Shown: one piece after another, positions 33,820-41,991 of the stretch
Layout: every line of letters starts with the position of its first letter
Position numbering within the stretch: position 1 is the first letter of the stretch
Assembly: GCA_963715645.1 (NCBI GenBank)
Contig: OY970259.1
Location: forward strand, 1,563,457 to 1,627,456
Direction: 5' to 3'
DNA: 64,000 nucleotides
From: an uncultured Thermoplasmata archaeon
GTDB lineage: Archaea > Thermoplasmatota > Thermoplasmata > Lutacidiplasmatales > UBA184
Position numbers and translations under genes: made by a program
The notes under the pieces: model-generated
Told to the model about the DNA's origin: nothing
The model's input: the letters and a program-made list of their open reading frames with translations, nothing else
The model's database searches: none

Positions 33820-33925
33820 ACCATGAACTGAACGGATGGGAGATTCGCACCCCCTAGAGCTCCCCGGTGGTTCGTTGATGTATGCCGCACTCCTTCGTGG
33901 ATCACCCTTTTGGAAAGCGGTGGAT
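33820..33925 (-). repeat. Degenerate inverted copy of the intergenic repeat
   Basis: Reverse complement contains CCACCGCTTTCCAAAAGGG, CCGGGGAGCTCTAG and GAATCTCCCATCCGTTC, resembling sub-motifs of the other copies. Confidence 0.5.
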
Positions 33926-33970
33926 TGTTCGAGGTAGGGTAGTGTCCGGGGTCGTCGCCCTTCCGCGGGT

Positions 33971-34414
33971 TTAGGCCTTGTAACCCGTCAGCCGAATCTC
34001 TCCTTTGGCTAAGTTCGCCGTACCGGTCGCCCACACTTGAATCGAGTTCACCCAAGCATGAGCGGGCGAGTTGGACTTCAACGTCACGCTTTCCCGAAGC
34101 TGGAGGATCCCGTTCGCATCGAGAGTACCCAATCCGTCCGCAAACAACGACACCTTTCCCCCGTCCTTCAACTCGAGCCGGGCGTGGCCGTGGAGCTCGA
34201 TTCGTCCGTCGGCGCGAATGTTGAGGTAGTCCACGGAGTGGAAAGATCCCTTCAGCTTAGGTCCGTCGACCGTGCCTTCGACCCTACCATCGAAGCGGGC
34301 GCCCGCGGGAGGGGGAGCGCTCTTTCCCTCCAGGATGGCTTGGATGCTCGCCCCGTCCTCATCTGTCCCCGTCATGCGCCCCATGATGTCAAAGATCAGC
34401 TCGGCCGATTCCAT
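33971..34414 (-). CDS. DUF3237-like beta-barrel protein
   Basis: GPKLKG, DYLNIRADG and HAWVNSIQVWATG. Confidence 0.7.
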   Translation of the reverse strand: MESAELIFDIMGRMTGTDEDGASIQAILEGKSAPPPAGARFDGRVEGTVDGPKLKGSFHSVDYLNIRADGRIELHGHARLELKDGGKVSLFADGLGTLDANGILQLRESVTLKSNSPAHAWVNSIQVWATGTANLAKGEIRLTGYKA

Positions 34415-34602
34415 GTGCGTTTCCCAACGGGTTCACGATTAAAGTCATGTCGACGCCCCCACGCCCGCCTGGCCCCGTTCCCCACGGCGACGTCCGGCAC
34501 CCCGCCGGTTCGGCAGGGTCGGTGTAGCGGCAAGCGGGCCGTTGCCGGCGTTTAGAAAGGGCTCGTTTCCTAGCGGGAGCTCATTGGGTCGGCGGCTCCC
34601 AC

Positions 34603-34720
34603 CCTTTTCTAACGAGCGGGTTGTGTAACGGGGGGGTCCTCGCCCTGACGCTCATCTTCCCCTCGATCGCCTCGTTCCGGGACTTGTCTAGAATCGAAAG
34701 ATTTGTTCAGAGCCTGGCAT
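34603..34720 (+). repeat. Dispersed intergenic repeat, copy 4
   Basis: Colinear with 31439-31555; its 3' part AGAATCGAAAGATTTGTTC..GCCTGGCAT also matches 28564-28594. Confidence 0.85.
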
Positions 34721-34856
34721 GGGGTCAGAACCTCGACTCTCGTCGTTGGAGCATTGGGGCCCCGAACCAGGTCAGGAGAGGGGCAGGCCAATCGATACCT
34801 AGGATCACCTAAGCTTCATATATCGATGCCAACCTCACTTAGCAGGGGGACCAACG

Positions 34857-35072
34857 ATGGAGACGGTGACCGTATCGTCGAAGTATCAGGTTGTGATCCC
34901 CGAGAAGATTCGGCGTCACCACGGTATTCGCCCAGGGGACAAACTCGCGGTGATCGTCAAGCACGGGGTGGTGCATCTGGTTCCCGTCCGCCCGTTCGAC
35001 GCGTCGAAAGGCATGTTCAAGGAATCCAAAGTCGACAATCGTGACCTCCGCGACCGCACGGACCGCTTCTAG
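34857..35072 (+). CDS. vapB: AbrB/MazE-type antitoxin
   Basis: VTVSSKYQVVIPEKIR...IRPGDKL. Confidence 0.9.
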   Translation: METVTVSSKYQVVIPEKIRRHHGIRPGDKLAVIVKHGVVHLVPVRPFDASKGMFKESKVDNRDLRDRTDRF

Positions 35073-35460
35073 CGAAGGAGGCGGAAGTACGATCAGCATC
35101 GATAGCCATGGGTGGATCGAGCGGCTGCTCGAAGGCCCCAGGGCCCCTTCGTACAATCGCGCCTTCTCGAGTGTCCCTCCCTCGGATATCGTGACCTCGG
35201 TGGTTACCGTATACGAGGTCTACAAGAAACTCAGACCGATGAAGGGCGAGTCGGCGGCCCTTGAGGCGATCGTGCACCTTCGCGCGACCACGTTGGTCCC
35301 CTTCGACGACCAGCTGGCCTTAGAGGCCGCAGATTACTCACTTTCTCTTCACCTCCACTTCTCGGACGCCATCATCTACGCGACGGCCCGAAGGTTCGGG
35401 GCCGAGCTCCACACTAGTGACCCTGAACTTCGCGGCAAGCCCGGAGTCGTCTTTCACTGA
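35041..35460 (+). CDS. vapC: PIN-domain toxin
   Basis: IDSHGWIE, TVYEV, FSDAIIYATA and TSD; overlaps the antitoxin gene. Confidence 0.9.
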   Translation: MTSATARTASSEGGGSTISIDSHGWIERLLEGPRAPSYNRAFSSVPPSDIVTSVVTVYEVYKKLRPMKGESAALEAIVHLRATTLVPFDDQLALEAADYSLSLHLHFSDAIIYATARRFGAELHTSDPELRGKPGVVFH

Positions 35461-35506
35461 TAGGCCCCGCTGGAGACCGTGGCGGAACCTTTGGTACCCG
35501 GTGCAT

Positions 35507-35642
35507 TGGCGCGTGATTGGAAGAATCGTTCCATGCCGGGCCTGAGTACCGCCAACTTCTTCGAATCCCAGAAAACGGAGGTTGTTACGGGTTAACCGTT
35601 ACACAAGCATAGAATCTGAACATCCGTTCGAGGCGTGGCCCC
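35507..35642 (+). repeat. Dispersed intergenic repeat, copy 5
   Basis: About 130 bp colinear with 28564-28693, including TTCGAATCC and GGTTGTTRCGGRTTAACMGTTACACAAGCATAGAATC. Confidence 0.88.
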
Positions 35643-35859
35643 GAATTCGAGCCCCGAGGGGGTCGAATCTCGTAGGAGAGTTAGACTAAATGGAAGAGCC
35701 AAGGGAGGGAATTGAGGAAAAGTTCGAATCCCGCCGAAAGCCCGGGTGAGGGCGGTTTCCGTCCCACCCAGATCTATGCGGTTGGGCGTAAGCCCGTATC
35801 CAGTCACATCGCCCGCGTTGCAAAAGGAACCCTTTGCACAATGTTCAGAAAGCGGTGCC

Positions 35860-36087
35860 TTAACGACCGCCGGGATACGCACTGCCTGGCTTCATGTCGT
35901 CCAGGTTCGGCGCCGTTAGCATCCCATCAGGCGTGTGGCAGATCGGGCATCTTCGGCCTCTCTTAACCGCCCAGTAGATGATTCCCGGAATGATGAACAG
36001 GATTAGCAGGACGATCAGGATCCCGAGGCTGTAGCCTGGCTCGGTGTTCACGTTCCGCTTGCAAGCGGGGCACCACTTCATCGTCAT
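35860..36087 (-). CDS. Small membrane-anchored zinc-ribbon protein (LITAF-like CxxC-TM-CxxC)
   Basis: CPAC, hydrophobic stretch ILIVLLILFIIPGIIYW, then CPIC. Confidence 0.7.
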   Translation of the reverse strand: MTMKWCPACKRNVNTEPGYSLGILIVLLILFIIPGIIYWAVKRGRRCPICHTPDGMLTAPNLDDMKPGSAYPGGR

Positions 36088-36188
36088 CTCATTCCACCAA
36101 ATCTGGCGAGGGGACCCCGTCGGTGTACTTAAACGTCCGGAATCGGGCTCTTTGTGGAGGGACCCAGTCCTTCTTCGTAGGCTTTGAC

Positions 36189-36216
36189 CCATTTCTAACC
36201 AGAGGGTTCTCTATGG
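36189..36216. repeat. 28-bp imperfect palindromic site of the repeat family, downstream of tRNA-Cys
   Basis: CCATTTCTAAC-CAGAGG-GTTCTCTATGG; similar to 34603-34630 and 31439-31466. Confidence 0.6.
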
Positions 36217-36383
36217 GCTCCTTTGACAATCTCCAGTTTTGAGAAGGGTCAACCCTGCGGCGGCTGAACTCCGACTTTCACAAGGGACCCTTTTCCGATT
36301 GCCTTCCCGCCTCCTTGAATCAGGCAGAATCCAATCGCGCATGTGGGGCGGGACAATATCTCAACCACACCCGCAGAAATTCC

Positions 36384-36456
36384 AGCCAAGGGAGGGAATC
36401 GAACCCCCAGGAAGCGGATCTGCAGTCCGCCGCATTAACCATTCTGCCACCTTGGC
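36384..36456 (-). tRNA. tRNA-Cys(GCA)
   Basis: Reverse complement GCCAAGGTGGCAGAATGG...GCGGA-CTGCAGA-TCCGC...GGTTCGATTCCCTCCCTTGGCT; anticodon GCA, discriminator U. Confidence 0.95.
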
Positions 36457-36480
36457 GCGGCCGGAGCGAAGAGACCTCGG

Positions 36481-36487
36481 CTTAAAG
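36481..36487 (-). promoter_or_regulatory. Archaeal TATA box for tRNA-Cys
   Basis: CTTTAAG 25-31 nt upstream of the tRNA. Confidence 0.6.
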
Positions 36488-36513
36488 CGCTCGGGGCAGA
36501 TGGAGGCGACGAC

Positions 36514-37194
36514 CTACACGGACCGGAAGCCGCGGGCGAGGAACTTCCCGGCGTTCGTGACCCCGAGGCGGAACCGGCCCCTCCACGGGAGGGAGCGTCC
36601 TCCGGGAAGCGTTTGTCGCCGCCGGAGCGCCTCGAGGAGGTCGTCCACCCCGGTGGAGGTATCCGGGAAGTTGGTGAACGCCCGTCCCAGGTCTGCCAGC
36701 GCATGGACATCGCTCCCTCCGGTCGCCGCAAGGGTCCGACGAGCCGCCAGGAGCTCCGCCTTCAGGTTCGATACCTCGGAGTTGTGCCCATTCCGCGTCT
36801 CGATCCCATCCGCGCGGGCCGACTCCGCGACCCGGCGCCCTACCCCGTGGCGCAGTCGGAAGGGGTGCGCGATCACCGACTCTCCGCCGTGGGCCCGGAC
36901 CCATTCGATCGACTCGACGATAGGTCGGTGGGCGGGAGGGAGTTCGGAGACGCCATACGCGAGGAGGTGGCCCTCCAAGGTCGAGATCTCGACCCCGGGC
37001 AGGAAGACGTACCCTGGGTAAGCGCGGGCCAGCTCGGCAAGCTCGGCGTGACCCGCGATGGAGTTGTGGTCGGTGAGCGCGAACCCCCGAAGCCCCGTGT
37101 AGCCGAGCCGTTGTCCGATCGCCGCGACGGGGAGGGAACAGTCCGGCGAGTGGCGGGAGTGCACGTGCAAGTCGAGCCGGAGGTCGGTCGTCAC
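36514..37194 (-). CDS. PHP-domain metallophosphoesterase
   Basis: DLHVHS, LTDHN, GVEIST..GH, AHPF and GGSDVH. Confidence 0.9.
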   Translation of the reverse strand: MTTDLRLDLHVHSRHSPDCSLPVAAIGQRLGYTGLRGFALTDHNSIAGHAELAELARAYPGYVFLPGVEISTLEGHLLAYGVSELPPAHRPIVESIEWVRAHGGESVIAHPFRLRHGVGRRVAESARADGIETRNGHNSEVSNLKAELLAARRTLAATGGSDVHALADLGRAFTNFPDTSTGVDDLLEALRRRQTLPGGRSLPWRGRFRLGVTNAGKFLARGFRSV

Positions 37195-39455
37195 CGAACG
37201 GGCGCTCCCGGTGGCACCGTCTCTCCCGGCTGAACCAGGCGGCCGGGCCCGAACGCGAGGAGGGTTCCTCGGGTGCTCTCGGGAGGCCGTAGGACGACGA
37301 CCGCCGGCAGGCCCGCCGGCCACTCCCCCTCGACCTCGACCGCGACCGGACCGAGGCTCACGACGGTCCGACCGCCGGGCACCGTCGCCCCCGTGGTGCC
37401 CACCTGGATCCGATACGAAGCGAACTCGTCGTACGTGATGGTCCGGTCCTCGGGACCGCGCCCGGGCAGGTACGTCCCCGCGGCGATCCCCTCCGGCGGG
37501 GCGAGAAGGACCGGCCGCCCGCCCGCCTCAGCGGCAAGAACCATTCCCTGCGAGGGCACTCCGCGGATCGTGCGCGGTGCGAGGTTGGCAAGCAGCACGA
37601 CCGGTCGACCGACAAGCGCCTCCAGAGAGTAGGCTCCGCGGATTCCTGCGACGAGCGACCGGGGCTTCTCTTCGCCGACGTCGACCTCGAGCACGAGGAG
37701 CCGGTCGGCGGAGGGGTGGTCGGAGGCCCGGCGGATGACGCCCGTCCGAAGGCCGAGGGGCGGAGCCTCGGAGGCGGGCACCGGGACGCGCCCGCTCTCG
37801 AGGCGGGCCGTCGGGGGCTCCGAGGAACTCTTGGGAAAGAGTGGCCGGACCTCCCCGAGCGCCTGACCGGCCGGGGGCGGCTCCAGGATCCGCTCCCAAT
37901 CGCCGGCGGAGGGAGGGTCCGCATATCCGAGCATCCGGAAAACCGCGGCGGTCGAGTTCGGGAGCACCGGCGCGAGCCAGGTCGCAAGCGCCTTCAACCG
38001 CCAGACTGACTCAAAGAGGATCCGAGAGCGCTCGGGCTCTTCGGCCTGCCAGGGTCGGGCCTCATGGAACCGACGGTTCGCCTCCCGGACCGCGTCGAGG
38101 GTCCGGTCGAGGGCCGCCTTGAGGTGGACCCGCTCGTATTCCTCGGTGATCTGGGCGTGCGTCACCAGGATTCGCTTCCCCGTCCCCTCGGCGGGGTCCG
38201 GCTGCCATCCCTCGGGGGGAGAGGGAATCTGCCCTCCGTAGCGCTCCCGGACGAGCACGAGCGTACGCTGAACCAGGTTGCCGAACTGGTTGGCCAGGAT
38301 CTCATCGCGGACCTTCTCGAGCTCGTCCCAATCGAGCTCGGTATCGTGGTTCTCCGGAGCGAGCAGCGCGGCGTAGAACCGAATGACATCGGGGGGATAC
38401 TCCGCGAGCAACGACGGATGAAAGGCGTCCCGCGCGGTCGAGCGGGATTTCGAGAGCTTCCCGCCCTGGATCAGGAGCCACTCGTTCGCGGGCACGTCGT
38501 CCGGTAGATGCAGCCCACCCACTCCCAGGAGCACCCCGGGCCAGAGGATTGTGTGGTGGAACTTGTTGTCCTTCCCCATGAAATAGTAGTGACGGGCGGG
38601 CTCCCGCTCGTCCCAGTAGCGGCGCCAGGCCTCCGGGCGACCGCTCCGAACCGCCCACTCCTTGGCGGCCGAGAGGTAGCCGATCAGGGCCTCGAACCAG
38701 ACGTACAGGCGCTTCGACTCGTAGCCGTCCAGCGGAAGCGCGACGCCCCAGTCGAGGTCCCGCGTGATCGGCGTCGGACGCAGTCCCTCGGCCAGAAAGT
38801 TCTCGGCGACCTTGCGGGTGCCGGGGCGCCAGTCTAGGCGGCCCGCGATGTACTCGGCGACCCGCGGCTGAAGCCGGTCGAGCTCGAGGTAGAATTGCTC
38901 GGAGGGCCGGAACTCGGCGGGGGTGCCGCAGAGGACGCACTTCGGTTCGCCCAGCTCCTTCGCGTCCAGCGGGCGGCCGCACCGGTCGCACTCGTCGCCC
39001 CGCGCCGTCGGCGACCCGCAATGCGGACAGGTGCCCACGAGATACCGGTCCGGCAGGAAGCGGGCATGCTTCGGGCAGTAGGCGCCCTCGGTGGTACGCC
39101 GGCGAACGAATCCGTTCTCCAAGAGCGCGAGGAAGATCTCCTGCGAGGTTCGGGCGTGGAGGAGGGTTCGCGTGCTCGTGAACAGGTCGAAGGAGATCCC
39201 GAGTTTCACGAACGCCTCGCGGTTTAGCCGGTGGTACTGCTCGGTCAACTCCTCGGGGGAGATCCCCTCCTTCTCCGCGGAGACGAGCGCGGGGGTCCCG
39301 TGCATGTCCGAGCCCGAGACCATCAGGACTTCGTCCCCCCGGAGTCGGTGGAAACGCGCGAAGAGGTCGGCCGCCACGTAAGTGCTCGCGAGCTGACCGA
39401 GGTGGAACGGCCCGTTGGCGTACGGCCAAGCGACGCCGATGAAGATCCGGCCCAC
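37191..39455 (-). CDS. metG: Methionine--tRNA ligase
   Basis: AWPYANGPFHLG, GSDMHGTP, zinc knuckles, ITRDLDWG, FMGKDN, KLSKS and C-terminal tRNA-binding OB fold. Confidence 0.97.
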   Translation of the reverse strand: MGRIFIGVAWPYANGPFHLGQLASTYVAADLFARFHRLRGDEVLMVSGSDMHGTPALVSAEKEGISPEELTEQYHRLNREAFVKLGISFDLFTSTRTLLHARTSQEIFLALLENGFVRRRTTEGAYCPKHARFLPDRYLVGTCPHCGSPTARGDECDRCGRPLDAKELGEPKCVLCGTPAEFRPSEQFYLELDRLQPRVAEYIAGRLDWRPGTRKVAENFLAEGLRPTPITRDLDWGVALPLDGYESKRLYVWFEALIGYLSAAKEWAVRSGRPEAWRRYWDEREPARHYYFMGKDNKFHHTILWPGVLLGVGGLHLPDDVPANEWLLIQGGKLSKSRSTARDAFHPSLLAEYPPDVIRFYAALLAPENHDTELDWDELEKVRDEILANQFGNLVQRTLVLVRERYGGQIPSPPEGWQPDPAEGTGKRILVTHAQITEEYERVHLKAALDRTLDAVREANRRFHEARPWQAEEPERSRILFESVWRLKALATWLAPVLPNSTAAVFRMLGYADPPSAGDWERILEPPPAGQALGEVRPLFPKSSSEPPTARLESGRVPVPASEAPPLGLRTGVIRRASDHPSADRLLVLEVDVGEEKPRSLVAGIRGAYSLEALVGRPVVLLANLAPRTIRGVPSQGMVLAAEAGGRPVLLAPPEGIAAGTYLPGRGPEDRTITYDEFASYRIQVGTTGATVPGGRTVVSLGPVAVEVEGEWPAGLPAVVVLRPPESTRGTLLAFGPGRLVQPGETVPPGAPVR

Positions 39456-39590
39456 GGGGGTCCCTCCGGACCGCCGGACGGGGATGCGCCCTAAACGTTT
39501 TGCCGGCGGACGGACGGACGACCGCGGGGTCGGTCACACCGCCGCACGCCTCTCGATAAGGGTAAAGAGGGGTCCACCGTCCAACGAGAA

Positions 39591-40724
39591 ATGGTCGCGG
39601 AGCGGACGCGACGCGTCGAGATCTCGGGAATCCGCCGGATGTTCGAGGCGGCCCCCCCGAACTCGATCAACCTGGGCCTCGGGGAACCCGACTGCGAGCC
39701 TCCCCCGGAGGTGGTCGCGGCGCTCTGCGACTCCGTCGCGAACGGAGGCAACCACTACGGTCCCACGGCCGGGATTCCCGCGCTTCGGGACCGGGTCGCG
39801 GCCCGGTACGTGGACCGGGACCCCAAGACCTCCCGGCAGAATGTGATCATCACGGCGAGCGGCTCCGAGGGCCTGATGGCGACGGCCCTCGCCCTCTACG
39901 ACATCGGGGACGAGGTGCTGGTCCCCAACCCGGGGTTTGTCCTCTACGCTCCGCACGCTCGCCTCGCCGGAGCGATGCCGGTCCCGTACTCGCTCACCGA
40001 GGAGCGGAAGTTCCTGCCCGACCTCGACGAGCTCGAGCGGCTGGTCACCCGTCGCACGCGGGCGATCGTCGTCAACAGCCCTTCCAACCCCACCGGCGGG
40101 GTGTTCCCGGAGCGGACGATCGACCGCCTCGTCGCGTTCGCCGAGGCGCACCGGCTGACCATCGTCTCCGATGAGGTCTACGATGAGATCGTCTACGAGG
40201 GGAAATTCGTCTCGTTCTGGGGCAAGACGGACCGCGCGGTGATCGTCAACTCATTTTCGAAGACGTTCGCGGTCACCGGCTGGCGGCTCGGGTTCCTCGT
40301 CGCGGCTCCCGCGCTCGCCGTCGAACTCAACAAGATCCACTACCACATCATGGCGTGTCCTCCGACGCCGGCCCAGTTCGCGATCGTCGCGGGCTACGAC
40401 GCGGGCAACCGCGCCACCCGCCGGATGGTGCGGGAGTTCCGGGCACGCCGCGACCTCGTCATGCGGATCCTTCCGTCCGTCCCCGGGGTCTCGGTGGTAC
40501 GGCCCCAGGGAGCCTTCTACGCCTTCCCCAAGGTCGACCTGGGCATGTCCGCCACCCAGATTGCAACCGGCCTCCTGCAGCGGGGCGTGATCACGACCCC
40601 CGGCGATGCGTTCGGCAGCCTGGGCGAGGGGCATCTGCGCATTTCCTTCGCCAACTCGCGCGAGAAGCTCCGCGCCGGCCTCGGGATCCTCCGGGAGTTT
40701 GCCGAGGAGGTCGCGGCCGGATGA
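39591..40724 (+). CDS. Aspartate/aromatic aminotransferase (class I/II)
   Basis: LGLGEPD, NSPSNPTG, SDEVY and SFSKTFAVTGWRLG. Confidence 0.92.
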   Translation: MVAERTRRVEISGIRRMFEAAPPNSINLGLGEPDCEPPPEVVAALCDSVANGGNHYGPTAGIPALRDRVAARYVDRDPKTSRQNVIITASGSEGLMATALALYDIGDEVLVPNPGFVLYAPHARLAGAMPVPYSLTEERKFLPDLDELERLVTRRTRAIVVNSPSNPTGGVFPERTIDRLVAFAEAHRLTIVSDEVYDEIVYEGKFVSFWGKTDRAVIVNSFSKTFAVTGWRLGFLVAAPALAVELNKIHYHIMACPPTPAQFAIVAGYDAGNRATRRMVREFRARRDLVMRILPSVPGVSVVRPQGAFYAFPKVDLGMSATQIATGLLQRGVITTPGDAFGSLGEGHLRISFANSREKLRAGLGILREFAEEVAAG

Positions 40725-40839
40725 TCCTCACCCTGCTCGGCCGGGTCTTCCAGGCGGTCGGACGCGTGCGGGGCGGCGAGGCCGGACGCGATCTCGAGAC
40801 CGTCGGCGCCGAGCTCGGTCGGCTCGAGCGCCCCGCGGC

Positions 40840-41991
40840 TCACGCCCCGACCACCGCGCGATAGAGCGCGAGGTGCCGTTCCGCGGCGACGGACCAGTCG
40901 TAGCCCCGCACCCTTTCGGCGGCGTAGCGCACCCGGTCTCGGGTGCCTGCCCGGTCCGCCACCACCTCGGCGAGCGCGGCCGCGAGGGCATCCGGGTCCC
41001 CGTAGGGCACCATCCGACCCGCTCGCCCCTGGTCCAACACCTCCGGTACGCCACCGACGGACGTGGCCACGAGCGGCGTGCCGGCGATCATTCCCATGAG
41101 GAGGACCAGCCCGAACGCCTCCCACTCCGAGGGTAGGACGAGTGCGGTCGCCCGGCGGAGGACCGCCCGGATCGCGGGGGGTTCCTGCCATCCTGGGAAG
41201 ACGAGAAGCTCCGCCACCCCCAGGGTTCGGGCCTGGCGCTCGAGCTCCGAGCGCGCCCCCCAATCGGGGCCGAGGAAGACGACCGGCAACCGGGCGGGGG
41301 GGGCCATCCGCGCCAGCGCGGAGACCAACGTCGGCAGCCCCTTGTTCGGTGCGAGACGGCCGTGATAGACGAAGAACTCCGGAGGGAGCCCCGGGGGGGG
41401 CGCGTCGCGCTCGGGGGCGGACCACACCGACAGGTCGATCCCCGGTGGGATGACATGGACCCGGTCGGCCGGGGCGAACTCTCGCACGAGCCCCGCCTCC
41501 CGTTCCGTCTCGACCACGAGGGCCCGGGCGACCCGATACGCGGTGGCGCCGAACCCAACGTCCTGGATGCGCAGGAGTCCCCGCTTCAACGGGGGCTCTC
41601 CGCGGTCGGCGGGGTGGTAGTGGGTGGAGACGACGAGCGGGATCCGCCGCCGGTCGGCGACCGCCGCGGACTGGAGCACGTGACCGTATCGGTGGGAGTG
41701 GGCGTGGATGAGGTCGGAGCCGCTGGTCGAAAGGGCGTCCATCAGCCCCACCATCATCGGGAGGGTGAGACCGGGGACCATGCGCTTGCGCACCGGGAAC
41801 CGCCGCACAGGGATCCCGTCGACCGATGTCCGAAGGTCCGAACGACGCCGCCAGCCGGACTCGTCATAGAGGTCACTTGCGAAGACGGTGACGTCCGTGC
41901 CGAGCGCCCGGAGCCGGCGCGTCACCTCCAGGACCGTCATCTCGACCCCACCGGGAGCATCGAAACGGAGCGTGACCTGCGCGACCTTCAC
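40840..41991 (-). CDS. Glycosyltransferase family 4
   Basis: GGVE, HAHS, GRLAPNKG and PSEWEAFGLVL. Confidence 0.9.
   Translation of the reverse strand: MKVAQVTLRFDAPGGVEMTVLEVTRRLRALGTDVTVFASDLYDESGWRRRSDLRTSVDGIPVRRFPVRKRMVPGLTLPMMVGLMDALSTSGSDLIHAHSHRYGHVLQSAAVADRRRIPLVVSTHYHPADRGEPPLKRGLLRIQDVGFGATAYRVARALVVETEREAGLVREFAPADRVHVIPPGIDLSVWSAPERDAPPPGLPPEFFVYHGRLAPNKGLPTLVSALARMAPPARLPVVFLGPDWGARSELERQARTLGVAELLVFPGWQEPPAIRAVLRRATALVLPSEWEAFGLVLLMGMIAGTPLVATSVGGVPEVLDQGRAGRMVPYGDPDALAAALAEVVADRAGTRDRVRYAAERVRGYDWSVAAERHLALYRAVVGA

Noticed and set aside
28558-36216. CRISPR array interpretation of the repeats
   Set aside because: Copies are degenerate, over 100 bp long and separated by whole genes rather than 30-45 bp spacers; no cas genes are present.
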